Assembly (NCBI GenBank): GCA_964569605.1
Contig: CAZMUJ010000088.1
Coordinates: forward strand, 6,281 to 70,280
DNA length: 64,000 bases
Direction of reading: 5' to 3'
Origin: an uncultured Acidobacteriota bacterium
GTDB taxonomy: Bacteria; Acidobacteriota; UBA6911; RPQK01; CBDAPI01
Shown here piece by piece: positions 48,117 to 58,551 of this stretch (the stretch's first letter is position 1; each line of letters opens with the position of its first letter). The translations under genes and the position numbers were made by a program. Below the pieces are notes generated by a model. That model saw only the letters and a program-made list of their open reading frames with translations. It had not been told where the DNA came from and ran no database searches.

Positions 48117-48657
48117 AACCTGGAGGCACTGTCATGTCAACACGACTACCAAATCGTATAAGAGCTATTCTATCACCTTGTTCAACCTGATCACCTGGTT
48201 CTTTCCATGCAACAATCCGACGTGCTACCCAACCAGCCACCAAACTAAACTTTACTGATTCCCTCCCTTTAATAATCCATGTCATGCACTCGTTCTCCTT
48301 AGAAGCACGATCATCAAATGCAAATCTAAATTTTCCCGGACGGTATTTCTGAGAAGACACAACTCCTCTTATCGGAGCACGGTTGACATGAACATTAAAA
48401 ATGGACAAGAAGATACTTACAACCGTTCCGTCTATTGTGTTGACAAGCTTAATTACTTTCCCATCAGCTGGACTAACAATCAACCCAGGTTGCTGAGGGA
48501 TAGTTCGATTTGGATCCCGAAAAAAAAAGCCAAGAAGCAATCCAAATAAGAATAGCAGGGCCCCTAAAATCCACCAACCAAGGAGTGAGCAAACTATTGC
48601 CCCTATCAAGGGGACCAGTAAAAACGGAATACCATCCTTAGCTATTAGCCCTATCAT
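48025..48657 (-). CDS. psd: Phosphatidylserine decarboxylase proenzyme (short Psd type)
   Basis: 210 aa with an N-terminal TM segment and a C-terminal GDRIALIRFGSRVDMTVPPG region, typical of the Psd cleavage/pyruvoyl region. Confidence 0.7.
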   Translation of the reverse strand: MIGLIAKDGIPFLLVPLIGAIVCSLLGWWILGALLFLFGLLLGFFFRDPNRTIPQQPGLIVSPADGKVIKLVNTIDGTVVSIFLSIFNVHVNRAPIRGVVSSQKYRPGKFRFAFDDRASKENECMTWIIKGRESVKFSLVAGWVARRIVAWKEPGDQVEQGDRIALIRFGSRVDMTVPPGFVVTVETGNQVRGGSSIIAIRKSKSDRSRN

Positions 48658-48804
48658 ATGGACGATGAAAAAGATTTGAAGTTTATTAAAAAAGGAAAAA
48701 AGGGCTGCGTGATTTTTGCACTAATTAGACAACCTTGGCTAAAAACGCAGCTGAAGTCCTTAGTTGAGATACAATATAAACAAGGGTTCTGATTCCATAT
48801 TCTT

Positions 48805-49035
48805 TCAATCTCTAATAGGATGCAAAAAATAGTCATTAATCATTAGCTGCATCTGATCCTTTAAGATTAACTTTTTTTTCTTCAGTTCCATTTCTTTAAA
48901 CTGATCTTTCTCACTCAAATACCTGCGACGGATACACTCCTCTAACTCTTTTTCATAAACCTTGTGCTGATCGAAAAGATTTCTAAAATCATCATTGTTT
49001 TCACGCAGATATTCTTTGGCTATTTGTTCATCCAT
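48805..49035 (-). CDS. DUF465 (YdcH-like) coiled-coil protein
   Basis: 76 aa (LFDQHKVYEKELEECIRRRYLSEKDQFKEMELKKKKLILKDQMQL) matches the YdcH/DUF465 pattern. Confidence 0.5.
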   Translation of the reverse strand: MDEQIAKEYLRENNDDFRNLFDQHKVYEKELEECIRRRYLSEKDQFKEMELKKKKLILKDQMQLMINDYFLHPIRD

Positions 49036-49264
49036 ATATTGAACCTCCAGGATTGAATCGGACTATTTTTTTCCGCTCTTCAGGAATAGAAGAAAGATGC
49101 ATTCGCAGTAAGAACTTATCAGAAGGTCATTCAGTGATCAACCCCATACCGACAGTCTTTTTCAAGTCATATTTCAGACATCGACAAAAAGAGACTTGGA
49201 TCGACATCGACAATTATAATTAGTAGGCCATCTAGCTCATTTCAAAATCCATTTTTCATCATAT

Positions 49265-50236
49265 TTAATCTTTCGGTTTCTTTCGCAAATTCCTTCGTTT
49301 CTCGTAAGCGGAAATTATCAAGCGAACCAGGTGATGCCGAACTACATCCTTCTCATCAAAGTAAGCAAACTCAATTCCTTTAGTGTCTCTTAAAACATGT
49401 TCAGCATCCTTTAAACCTGAGACCTGTCCCGTTGGCAGATCGATCTGGGTAACATCTCCTGTAACTACCATTTTAGAGTTGAGTCCCATTCGAGTCACAA
49501 ACATTTTCATCTGTTCCACTGAAGTATTCTGAGCCTCATCCAAGATTACAAAACAATTAGTAAGAGTGCGGCCTCGCATAAATGCAAGGGGAGCGATTTC
49601 AATAACTTGCTTCTCCAAAAACTGCTCGACTTTAGAGGAATCAAGCATGAAAAAAAGAGCATCATAAAGAGGACGAAGATAGGGGTCCACTTTTTCCTGC
49701 AAGTCACCGGGTAGAAATCCCAGTTTCTCACCTGCTTCAACTGCAGGTCGAGATAAAATTATTTTATCCACTTTTCTTTCCAATAGGAAAGAAATCGCTT
49801 TGGCCACAGCCAGAAAAGTTTTCCCAGTCCCTGCAGGACCAATTGCTAGTACCAAATCAGCGGCGTCCATCTTAGCTACATACCTATTCTGGTTAACACT
49901 TCTTGGAACTATCATTCGGGTAGGAGTTCTGAGAACGACAGGCTTAGGAAAACAGTCATGGAGTGTTGCCGCTGCTCCCTGGGCGATTTGCTCTAATGCT
50001 TCCTGTAATTCCCCGGCCGAGAACTGCTGACCTTTACCGATAAGATCTGAAAAATCATGGAGGATCCGCTCCACTGCGTCCACATTTGGCTGGCTTCCCT
50101 TAATTCCTAGAGTGGAACCCCGAGCATGGATATCGACCTCAAAAAGACCTTCTAAAAAACGAAGATTTCTGTCCTGAAGATCAAAAAGCACTTCAGCAGC
50201 ATGGTCTGAAAGGTTGATTTTGTTACTTAGAGTCAC
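49265..50236 (-). CDS. phoH: PhoH-like ATPase
   Basis: Walker A (GPAGTGKTFLAVA) and a PhoH-family pattern (ILDEAQNTS...VVTGDVTQIDLP). Confidence 0.85.
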   Translation of the reverse strand: MTLSNKINLSDHAAEVLFDLQDRNLRFLEGLFEVDIHARGSTLGIKGSQPNVDAVERILHDFSDLIGKGQQFSAGELQEALEQIAQGAAATLHDCFPKPVVLRTPTRMIVPRSVNQNRYVAKMDAADLVLAIGPAGTGKTFLAVAKAISFLLERKVDKIILSRPAVEAGEKLGFLPGDLQEKVDPYLRPLYDALFFMLDSSKVEQFLEKQVIEIAPLAFMRGRTLTNCFVILDEAQNTSVEQMKMFVTRMGLNSKMVVTGDVTQIDLPTGQVSGLKDAEHVLRDTKGIEFAYFDEKDVVRHHLVRLIISAYEKRRNLRKKPKD

Positions 50237-50523
50237 TAGTCGAACAATCGACTCAGCCGTGATTTATATCTTGCACCAGTATTCGGATGGATCATTCCTT
50301 TTTGAGCAGTTCTATCTATCACGGAGTAAACCCTTTTGAGTTGGAGCTGTGCCTGATCCAAGTTTTTGTCAGAAATCATCTTCCTAAGCTCCTTAATTTC
50401 CGTACGCATGTTGCTACGAACAGCACGATTACGTATACGTCTGACTCTATTCTGTCGCATGCGTTTTTTGGCAGATTTGATGTTGGGCATAATAGTTACC
50501 ATTACTCCTAAAGAAGAAAGCAA
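50236..50523 (-). CDS. rpsT: 30S ribosomal protein S20
   Basis: MPNIKSAKKRMRQNRVRRIRNRAVRSNMRT is the canonical S20 N-terminus. Confidence 0.85.
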   Translation of the reverse strand: MLSSLGVMVTIMPNIKSAKKRMRQNRVRRIRNRAVRSNMRTEIKELRKMISDKNLDQAQLQLKRVYSVIDRTAQKGMIHPNTGARYKSRLSRLFD

Positions 50524-51483
50524 TTATAAAGATGCTCTACAACAGACGTCAACAACCAGTTGTTCAAGAATAATTTTATCGTCTATATTCCTCGTCTTGC
50601 ACATCCTGTCAGCTTCACGTAGCCTCAATAGAATTTCAACAAGTCTATTTGGAGATGTTTTCATTAATTCATTCCGCCTCCCTCGATAGCTCCAGATCTT
50701 GAGTTCCTTAATCAAACCTGCATAGTTTTCGCCGTTTTCAAGTCTTTCCCTAGCCACAAGGAGTCGGCGAAAATTCCAATAAAGAAGTGCCAGAATTTTA
50801 GTTCCATTCATCCCCTGATAAAACAACCGGTTAAGTATCTGGAGAGTTTTTTTGGACCTTCCTTCTGCCAGACAAGAAATAAGATTAAAAACATCATAAT
50901 CCTTTGTCTGTTGAGTTAATTCCATCACAGACTGACGATTTATATGTCCCGTCCCTGCACAATGAAGAAGAAGTTTGTCTATTTCCTGAGTCAGCCGCTG
51001 CCGGTCATCTCCTATCAATTCAATTAATTCCTGAACAGCCAAACGATCAATTTTAAATTGGTTACGTTTTATTCGATCTTCAATCCATCTATTTAGGTCT
51101 ATTTTTGTATCTTTGATAGTAGGAAACCTAGGCCACTTTTTAGGCTTTCTACCAATTTCAAGTATCACAACAGTTCGTTTTGAAGGATTTTTCAAATAGC
51201 TTCGAAGCTCTTTCCCTGCCAGATGGGAATTCCGCACATACAACCATCGCCTCGAGCTCATCCAAGGAAGAGTTTTTGCCTCTGTAACCAATTGGGATTC
51301 GACATCTTCCTCTAAATCATATACACCCCAATCAAAGCTATGGGCCTCCTTCCTAACCTGGTTTTGAGCCAACTTATATATCGTGTCCTTCAAGAAGATA
51401 TCTCTGGAAGAAACCTGGTAGACAGGAAAGGGATCGTTTATTTTTCTGTACAATTCTTCTAAATTCATGCCCTTATTTGGCAA
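50524..51483 (-). CDS. holA: DNA polymerase III subunit delta
   Basis: HolA-like pattern (PVYQVSSRDIFL ... DVFNLISCLAEGRSKKTLQILNRL) and synteny with the lptE-like gene. Confidence 0.65.
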   Translation of the reverse strand: MPNKGMNLEELYRKINDPFPVYQVSSRDIFLKDTIYKLAQNQVRKEAHSFDWGVYDLEEDVESQLVTEAKTLPWMSSRRWLYVRNSHLAGKELRSYLKNPSKRTVVILEIGRKPKKWPRFPTIKDTKIDLNRWIEDRIKRNQFKIDRLAVQELIELIGDDRQRLTQEIDKLLLHCAGTGHINRQSVMELTQQTKDYDVFNLISCLAEGRSKKTLQILNRLFYQGMNGTKILALLYWNFRRLLVARERLENGENYAGLIKELKIWSYRGRRNELMKTSPNRLVEILLRLREADRMCKTRNIDDKIILEQLVVDVCCRASL

Positions 51484-51484
51484 C

Positions 51485-52027
51485 CTAAAAGGCTTCTAAA
51501 ATTGCTGTGACAACACTGGAAGCAAAGTCCTCAGCAATTCGGTCTAGCGCAGGATTCTGCTCTGTGAAAAACTGTCCCACCTCAACATTGATCTGATATT
51601 GGTCTCGAAAAATATAGCGATCATTTTTAAAAAGAACTTTTCCTGTAATCTTCTCTTTAAATTCTACCCGCGCATCCATTGTGACTAAAAACGTAGTTCC
51701 AAATGAGCCTTGACCAAAGGTCACAGGACTCACTGAGATTCTGGAGACAACTCCACTTAGGATCGCATCAGCTTGCGATGGATAAACCATAACCTCCCAA
51801 TTGGTCTTCTCCACAAACTTCTGTGACAGAGCGTGTCCTAACTTCTGCTCTACACGAAAAGTTGTAGTACTATTTTCAAAGGGTTTAATCACTACCGAAG
51901 AAATACCCAAATCTAGGCGGTTTTTGTAAGCAACTCGATAGCCACAAGCTGCTGTTAAAGAAATAAGAAATAGTAAGGATAAAACCCTTCCCAAAATCCT
52001 TAATTTCAGTGGAAATTGTTCAATCAT
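51485..52027 (-). CDS. lptE: LptE-like LPS-assembly lipoprotein
   Basis: Signal peptide with a lipobox (LISLTAAC), ~180 aa, positioned immediately upstream of holA as in the proteobacterial lptE-holA arrangement. Confidence 0.4.
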   Translation of the reverse strand: MIEQFPLKLRILGRVLSLLFLISLTAACGYRVAYKNRLDLGISSVVIKPFENSTTTFRVEQKLGHALSQKFVEKTNWEVMVYPSQADAILSGVVSRISVSPVTFGQGSFGTTFLVTMDARVEFKEKITGKVLFKNDRYIFRDQYQINVEVGQFFTEQNPALDRIAEDFASSVVTAILEAF

Positions 52028-52592
52028 CTAGATTTTGAACCACTTTAGCATGCACGATCTCACCCTGGCTTTGATACTTTCCCTTACGATCAGCATAAGA
52101 GGTCTGACAAATATCATCCGCTCCTAGAAAAATCACTTGAGCTACTCCTTCTCCAGCATAGATTTTAATCGGGGATATGCCCGGATTTGAAATAGAAATA
52201 GTTACAAATCCCTCCCACTCTGGTTCAAAAGGTGTGACATTGACAAATAGACCACACCGAGCATAGGTAGATTTCCCCGTACAAATAGTCAATACTGAAC
52301 GGGGAATCCTAAAGTATTCAAAACTTTTGGCTAACAAGAAACTCCCTGGAGGCACCAAACAAGATCGTCCCTCTATTTTCTCAAAAGACATCTTGTCTTC
52401 TGCTTTTGGGTCTACCAGATCCGAACCGGACCCCTTATATACATGGAACACCGTGTCGAGACGTAGGTCATATCCATAAGACGAGACACCGTATGAGATC
52501 GTATCCAAACTTATTTGCGACTCCTCAAAGGGATCTATCATTCCATGTTCTAGTGCCATTTTTTGAATCCAATGATCCGGTTTTACACCCAC
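52020..52592 (-). CDS. dcd: dCTP deaminase
   Basis: Dcd/dUTPase-fold pattern (GMIDPFEESQ...SYGYDLRL...LVPPGSFLLAKSFEYFRIP...GFVTISISN). Confidence 0.85.
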   Translation of the reverse strand: MGVKPDHWIQKMALEHGMIDPFEESQISLDTISYGVSSYGYDLRLDTVFHVYKGSGSDLVDPKAEDKMSFEKIEGRSCLVPPGSFLLAKSFEYFRIPRSVLTICTGKSTYARCGLFVNVTPFEPEWEGFVTISISNPGISPIKIYAGEGVAQVIFLGADDICQTSYADRKGKYQSQGEIVHAKVVQNLDD

Positions 52593-52939
52593 GATTCCTT
52601 TCCTCTCAGTATTTATATTATTTTCAATTTCAACCTTTTAGAAACTCCTACAATTTAATTAACTAAACTAGAGACGCTATGCACAATTAAATCAAATCAT
52701 TAACCACTCATTTCTAAGCATTTTAGTCAAAAACATTTTCCGCACAGGCGACATTAGATAGCATCTAATTAACCAAACGAACACGTTTTATCTTTTTTGA
52801 GAAATCAGCTACACATTCAGGAAAATAACTCACTTTTTTCAAGGTTATCAAATCTGACATAAAATACCTTGCCCATTATACTTTTAACACCCTTTTTCTT
52901 GACACCATAAACTGGGGAAAGTATCTTAAATCTATATAT

Positions 52940-53230
52940 TTGAGAGGGATTCTAGAATCTTTGATTAAGGCAGACATTGTTAACCAAATAGCAAAAGAAT
53001 TAGGATTCAGTAAAGTCAAATCTGAGCTTGCAGTCAATTCTTTCTTGGATGCTATACGAAGGGCCCTGAAACGGGGTGAGCGGATTGAATTGCGTGGTTT
53101 TGGTGTTTTTCTCATTAAGCCTCGTAAAAGTGGTATTGGGAGAAATCCTCGTACTGGAACCGAGGTTGCAATTCCACCCGGAAAAACTGTACGTTTTAAA
53201 CCTGGAAAAGAGATCAGATTCTCACGTTAA
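52940..53230 (+). CDS. hup: HU/IHF-family nucleoid-associated DNA-binding protein
   Basis: IAKELGFSKVKSELAVNSFLDAIRRALKRGERIELRGFGVF...RNPRTGTEVAIPPGKTVRFKPGK is the HU fold signature. The start is TTG; an in-frame TTG at 52961 is an alternative. Confidence 0.75.
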   Translation: MRGILESLIKADIVNQIAKELGFSKVKSELAVNSFLDAIRRALKRGERIELRGFGVFLIKPRKSGIGRNPRTGTEVAIPPGKTVRFKPGKEIRFSR

Positions 53231-53242
53231 GTTGTCCCTGTT

Positions 53243-54232
53243 GTGGATACTCCATTCGCTGCCTTTCCTAAGGATCGCCAAGCAATCCCTGACTACAAAT
53301 CTGAACTGCCCAATCCCTATGCTTCAGTGAAACTACCAATTTTTCTATTGGTCACTACTATTTTTACAACCTTAACAGCAGGCTTTTTCTTAACAATTGG
53401 TTTTCTGTCTGCATCTGGAAATGGGCAGCTGGCCTCAATTCATTCACTAAAAGATCCATTAACACTTCTACAATCCCTGACATTTTCATTCGCACTTCTA
53501 TCCATTTTACTTGCACACGAGATGGGACACTACATAGCCTGCCGTCTTCATGGGATTCAATGTACACTTCCATATGTCATTCCGGCACCACCAATTCTTC
53601 TAATCCCTGGACTTGGATTAATTCCTGTTAACCCCTTTGGAACTTTTGGGGCTATTATTCGCATCCGTTCTCCATTTAGATCCAATCAGCAGATTTATGA
53701 TATTGGAATCGCCGGACCTCTAGCAGGTTTCGTCACAATAATTCCTTTGCTTGCCTTAGGAGTGATTCTTTCTAATGAAATGCAATGGACGGAGAATGAG
53801 ACTGGATATCTACGATTTGGCGAACCTCTTCTTTTTAAAATCGCTGTTTTTGTTTTTTTCAAAGGGGATCCGCACTTAATAAATCTTCACCCAATTGGAT
53901 GGGCCGCTTGGTTTGGACTTCTGGCCACCAGTCTGAACCTCCTTCCTTTTGGTCAGCTGGATGGTGGACACGTTGTCTATGCTCTATTTGGGGAAAAAAG
54001 ACATAAAATGATCTCTGCAGGGCTTCTTGCTACGTTGGTAGCACTCAGTATTTTTTCGTTCCCTACACCTAGCTATATCTTTTTTGCAATGATCTTATTT
54101 TATTTAGGTTTCAAACATCCATATCCAATGCAACAAAATCCCTTGGATTTCAAGCGCCGGTGGCTTAGTCTTTTGGGACTTGTCGTCTTTATAGTCAGTT
54201 TCATACCCATCCCCATAACTCTTGTAGAATAG
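53243..54232 (+). CDS. Site-2 protease family (peptidase M50) membrane metalloprotease
   Basis: HEMGHYIACRLHG within a TM helix plus a downstream LDGG motif (GQLDGGHVV). Polytopic. Confidence 0.6.
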   Translation: MDTPFAAFPKDRQAIPDYKSELPNPYASVKLPIFLLVTTIFTTLTAGFFLTIGFLSASGNGQLASIHSLKDPLTLLQSLTFSFALLSILLAHEMGHYIACRLHGIQCTLPYVIPAPPILLIPGLGLIPVNPFGTFGAIIRIRSPFRSNQQIYDIGIAGPLAGFVTIIPLLALGVILSNEMQWTENETGYLRFGEPLLFKIAVFVFFKGDPHLINLHPIGWAAWFGLLATSLNLLPFGQLDGGHVVYALFGEKRHKMISAGLLATLVALSIFSFPTPSYIFFAMILFYLGFKHPYPMQQNPLDFKRRWLSLLGLVVFIVSFIPIPITLVE

Positions 54233-54329
54233 GCTCATGCTTTGCCCATTCTCTGAATTAATTTCCAAAGAAAAGATAGATCACAAGCAACAATCTCCTA
54301 GCATAGAGGAAACATGGAAAGAGAATCTA

Positions 54330-55337
54330 TTATCCCCCGATATGAGACATTTCCACGCGTGGATAGTCAGATGAGATTGAATCTCTCTGTTCTGAATAGC
54401 GATCACTTCGATTCTTCCATATCTGGATCACTTGATTTCTTAACTCCTCGTCATCAGCTCCTTGACGTAGGGGCTTTCGGAGATCATAACCTTGAGAAGA
54501 AAAAAGGCATGTATATAACCTCCCCTCGGGGGAAAGTCGGGCCCGTGAACAATCTCCACAGAAAGGATGGGAAACCGAAGAAATCATACCAATTTCTCCT
54601 TCACCGTCACAATATTCCCAACGACGTGCAACCTCACCTCGGTAATTTTCCTCCAATGCTTTTAGGGGGTAATAGGCATCAATAACCTTTAAAATCTCCC
54701 CTACCGGCATAACTTCATCCATTCGCCACTGATTTGTATTCCCAACATCCATGTATTCGATAAAACGAAGTATACAACCAGTTCCTCGGAAAAAAGACGC
54801 CAATCCAATGATTGCCCCTTCATTAACTCCTTTTTTGATAACCGAGTTAATCTTCACCGGCTTTAGACCCACCCTCTGAGCTACACGGATCCCTTCCAAA
54901 ACATCTTTCACTCGTGATTCCACTCCATTAATGGCTTCGAATTCTCTCTGATCCAACGAGTCCAAGCTAATCGTGATCCTTTTCAATCCGGCATCTTTCA
55001 GACCCTTTGCATATCGTTTCAAAAGTAGACCATTGGTAGTGAGAGTAAGGTCTCGTAGCCCCCGAAGAGAAGACAAATCTAACAGAAGACTATCTAGATT
55101 TTTCCTCAGAAGAGGTTCTCCGCCAGTAATACGAACTTTCTCTACACCCAAACTAACAAAAATTTGGACTAGACGAGTAATTTCCTCGTAGCTCAAGAGA
55201 GCTGTTTTTCTCAAAAAATTATAACCAGAACCAAAATGTTCCTTAGGCATACAATAGGTGCAACGCATGTTACAGCGGTCAGTAACTGAAACGCGGAGGT
55301 CTCGCAAAGGTCGATGAAAAGTATCGGCTAGCATCAT
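54330..55337 (-). CDS. moaA: GTP 3',8-cyclase (molybdenum cofactor biosynthesis protein A)
   Basis: Radical-SAM CNMRCTYCMP with a MoaA-specific N-terminus (RDLRVSVTDRC) and a C-terminal Cys cluster. Confidence 0.9.
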   Translation of the reverse strand: MMLADTFHRPLRDLRVSVTDRCNMRCTYCMPKEHFGSGYNFLRKTALLSYEEITRLVQIFVSLGVEKVRITGGEPLLRKNLDSLLLDLSSLRGLRDLTLTTNGLLLKRYAKGLKDAGLKRITISLDSLDQREFEAINGVESRVKDVLEGIRVAQRVGLKPVKINSVIKKGVNEGAIIGLASFFRGTGCILRFIEYMDVGNTNQWRMDEVMPVGEILKVIDAYYPLKALEENYRGEVARRWEYCDGEGEIGMISSVSHPFCGDCSRARLSPEGRLYTCLFSSQGYDLRKPLRQGADDEELRNQVIQIWKNRSDRYSEQRDSISSDYPRVEMSHIGG

Positions 55338-55461
55338 ATTCTATTTTAAGAGATTTCAGATCTTAAATTCCAGCTACCACATTCTGTAATCTGGGACAGA
55401 ACTGCAAATCTAAAAGGTTTCAAATAAAAGGTTTTTCTTAGTTTTAGGAGCAAGAACACTT

Positions 55462-56778
55462 TCAAGCACAGCCCATAATTTTATGGTACACATTCAATGT
55501 CTCTTCTGCCATCCTCATCGCTGTAAAATCTCTATGAACTCGTCGATGCCCTTGTCTAGCTAACTTTTGACGTCGCTCCGGATCTTGGAGAAGGTCCTGC
55601 AATGTATCCACCAAACTTAATTGATCACCAGACTTAAAAAAAACACCCCCACCACTTTGACCCAAGAGTTCACGAAAGGAATCATGATCTGGTTCCACAA
55701 CTGGAACACCACTTGCCAGAGCCTCAAGCACATACAAACCCTTTGGTTCACAGTCTAGAGTAGGGACACAGAATAGATCGATATTTCGGAGAAAATCCCT
55801 TTTACCTTGCCCATCAAGAACTCCATGATAATGAAAATTCTTTTTCAGTCCAACGCTACTTAACTCTGACAAAATTTCTTTATAAAAAAGCCTTTGTTCA
55901 GAACCTAACCAACCGGCAACATGAAGTTCAACCTCCTCCATCCCTGCCCTTTGCTTAAGTTCTATAAAAGACTTCACTAATACATCTAAACCCTTTTCTG
56001 GACAAACCCTTGCTAAATATCCAATACAAGGTGATCTTCTCGTCTCCAAGGAAGGTACTTTGCAAGAATAATTTTCAGTATTTAGACCAAGAGGAACATA
56101 GTGAATTTTGGACTTTGGGATATCTAGCATTCTTGCCATTTTCTTGCCATAGGAACGACTAAAAACAATAAAACCATCAAGACTAGGGATTATTTTTTTT
56201 ATTTCTTTAACTACTTGGGACCTATAAGGCTCTTTCAATCGATTTAGAAATACATCATCACCCTGAAGAGTCACCACCACTGAAATACCCAGTTTGGACT
56301 TTATCTCCGGAACAATGCCGGAAATAAGCAAATTCGACAGATTTACAAGATTTGGTTGAATCGAAAAATTCAAAAATTCAACAAAACGATCGACTTCCCT
56401 AGCTTGTAAACCCCTAATACCTTTCAACATAGAGAGGGTTAGTTTACCCAGAAACTGTGCCCTAGTCTCAATATACCCTGAGGCAACTTTCTTTAGTAAT
56501 AAAGGATGGTCAAGAAAACTAATCATCCAGTGTGGCAGGTGGCGGAACAATGGAAACTTCTGCTGTAAAAACACATTTATTCCTCCAAAAAACACCTTAT
56601 TTAAACTAACATCGTCTTCATCAAGTTTAAGGGGGGTGTAGATTGGAATCAGAACTATCTCCGAACCATTTCTCTGCAAAGCTTTTACCAAAGAATTATC
56701 GCGAAGGCAGCTCCCGCATATCATCCCTCCTGCTCCTGCTGTTATATAAACAAATTTTCTTCTATCTCTACCCGTCAT
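55462..56778 (-). CDS. Glycosyltransferase family 4 (GT-B fold)
   Basis: The C-terminal GT4 EX7E region (FCVPTLDCEPKGLYVLEALASGVPVV). Confidence 0.7.
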   Translation of the reverse strand: MTGRDRRKFVYITAGAGGMICGSCLRDNSLVKALQRNGSEIVLIPIYTPLKLDEDDVSLNKVFFGGINVFLQQKFPLFRHLPHWMISFLDHPLLLKKVASGYIETRAQFLGKLTLSMLKGIRGLQAREVDRFVEFLNFSIQPNLVNLSNLLISGIVPEIKSKLGISVVVTLQGDDVFLNRLKEPYRSQVVKEIKKIIPSLDGFIVFSRSYGKKMARMLDIPKSKIHYVPLGLNTENYSCKVPSLETRRSPCIGYLARVCPEKGLDVLVKSFIELKQRAGMEEVELHVAGWLGSEQRLFYKEILSELSSVGLKKNFHYHGVLDGQGKRDFLRNIDLFCVPTLDCEPKGLYVLEALASGVPVVEPDHDSFRELLGQSGGGVFFKSGDQLSLVDTLQDLLQDPERRQKLARQGHRRVHRDFTAMRMAEETLNVYHKIMGCA

Positions 56779-56785
56779 CGTTTAC

Positions 56786-57397
56786 TCAAACCATCTTCCT
56801 GATTTTGTGTCCCACCGCTTCTAAAAAGTCCATGATTATGTTAGCCGTCAAACCCCAGATTACTTCCTCTTCATAATCAAAGAATCTCACAGGGGTATTT
56901 TTCTCAAAACGCTTAGATATCTCAATTCTTGGCTTGGTATTTAAAAAAAATCGAAGTGGAACCCACAAAACTTTCGCTACCTCCTGAGAGGACTTATTGA
57001 TCTGCGGAGATCCATGTATAAAACCTATAAAAGGAGTTACTAGAGAACACGTAACAGAAAGATAGTCATTTAATCGTCCTGCTAACTCAACACTTTTTGA
57101 ATCTATCCCAACCTCTTCAAATGTCTCTCGGAGAGCTGTCTCCTCCATATTCCTATCAAAAACTTCTCTTCGTCCTCCAGGAAACGAGACCTGACCTTTA
57201 TGAGTTGACACATTAGTAGTTCTCTTTGTTAGAAGTAAACTAGGTCCTAACTCACGCTCAGAAATTGCCATCAAAACCGCAGACCTGCAATGAAAATCCC
57301 CTTGAAATAAAATAGTCGGAAAAGACTCGAGTCCTTCAACAATGGTTTCTTGAAGGTTCTTGGATATGGCTTTAATTGTCATAATTTCTAAGCCCAT
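56786..57397 (-). CDS. NUDIX hydrolase (CoA pyrophosphatase-like)
   Basis: Nudix box GGRREVFDRNMEETALRETFEEVGI with a preceding LLTKRT region as in NudL. Confidence 0.7.
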   Translation of the reverse strand: MGLEIMTIKAISKNLQETIVEGLESFPTILFQGDFHCRSAVLMAISERELGPSLLLTKRTTNVSTHKGQVSFPGGRREVFDRNMEETALRETFEEVGIDSKSVELAGRLNDYLSVTCSLVTPFIGFIHGSPQINKSSQEVAKVLWVPLRFFLNTKPRIEISKRFEKNTPVRFFDYEEEVIWGLTANIIMDFLEAVGHKIRKMV

Positions 57398-57774
57398 ATT
57401 CCAATTGAGTACTAACCATATTCTTCCCTATCAATACTAGGTATTCTATTAAAAAAATCGCCTAGAACCTTTGTATTCCTCTCCACAAACAGAAACTATT
57501 GACTGAGAAATTCTGAGCTTTTAAATTGCCCTTTCCATCTAATAAAAAGTCTCTTTTTTTGTCGCATTTAAATAATAACGCTTCTTTCTTCTAAGACTAA
57601 AATCCCCTACCCCATCTGTCTATTTTTCAGGGCTTGGTAGTAATCTTTAATGCTGAGAACGTAAACACTACTATAATCTTTTTCGAATAGAAGCTTTAGC
57701 TCCCTCGTCAAGAAACAGCAGTGTCCATGAAATAGAACAAACAGATTTAGGGCTAGGTTGGAGGAGCCTCCAGT

Positions 57775-58551
57775 ATGAAAATCGCTATCATTTCCTGTAC
57801 CGTTTGGACTCTGTTTCTGTCATTAAATTTAAGGATTGAGTCTCAAGAACTACTTGAGGCTGCAACTAATCGCACAGTCCAAAGAGAACTTATCAAGAGA
57901 AATTTTTATGAAGGAAACATTGACGGAATTTTTTCTAAACAACTACAAATCGCTCTTTTAAAGTTCCAAGAAAAAGAGGGTTTAAATCCTTCCGGGGTAA
58001 TCGACAAACCAACTCTTATTGCTCTAGAAATCATCAAAGACAACAAAAATCCTATTTCAAAAACGGTTGAGAGCGCTGTAAAAACAGTCCATACAGCAGG
58101 ACAAGCAACCCTCACTGGGACAAAATCAATCAGGAAAGGTGCTGCCAAAACCTTGGATATAGCTGGAGAAAACACAGTCAAAGTCGTAAAAGATACTGGA
58201 AAAGGAGTGGGGCAAGGTGGAGAAATTGCTATAGACACTGTTGAAAAGGCAGGTAAAACTGTTAAGAAGGGCATTACAACACTTGGCAAGGCTACGGCCG
58301 AGGGGGCTAAAGCCTCTGGAGATCGTGTCACTGATTTTTTTGGTGTCGGCCATTCCGACACAAAAATTCGAAACACAATCATGAGGAATTTTTCCACAGA
58401 CAACGAACTTTACAGCGTCCAGATTTATGTTGTTTCAGATGGAGGTATCGTGACTCTCACTTTCAAAGACAGCAGCCTACCTGAACAGAGAGACCGAGCC
58501 TTGACCATTGCCCAGTCCGTGGTGGGAGTTAAAAATGTAAAGATCCGTTAG
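57775..58551 (+). CDS. Exported peptidoglycan-binding-domain / BON-domain protein with Lys/Gly/Thr-rich repeat linker
   Basis: Signal peptide, then a PG_binding_1-like segment (LQIALLKFQEKEGLNPSGVIDKPTLIAL), a repetitive KT/KG-rich middle, and a C-terminal BON-like segment (IYVVSDGGIVTLTFKDSSLPEQRDRALTIAQSVVGVKNV). Strong GGAGGAG Shine-Dalgarno upstream. Confidence 0.5.
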   Translation: MKIAIISCTVWTLFLSLNLRIESQELLEAATNRTVQRELIKRNFYEGNIDGIFSKQLQIALLKFQEKEGLNPSGVIDKPTLIALEIIKDNKNPISKTVESAVKTVHTAGQATLTGTKSIRKGAAKTLDIAGENTVKVVKDTGKGVGQGGEIAIDTVEKAGKTVKKGITTLGKATAEGAKASGDRVTDFFGVGHSDTKIRNTIMRNFSTDNELYSVQIYVVSDGGIVTLTFKDSSLPEQRDRALTIAQSVVGVKNVKIR

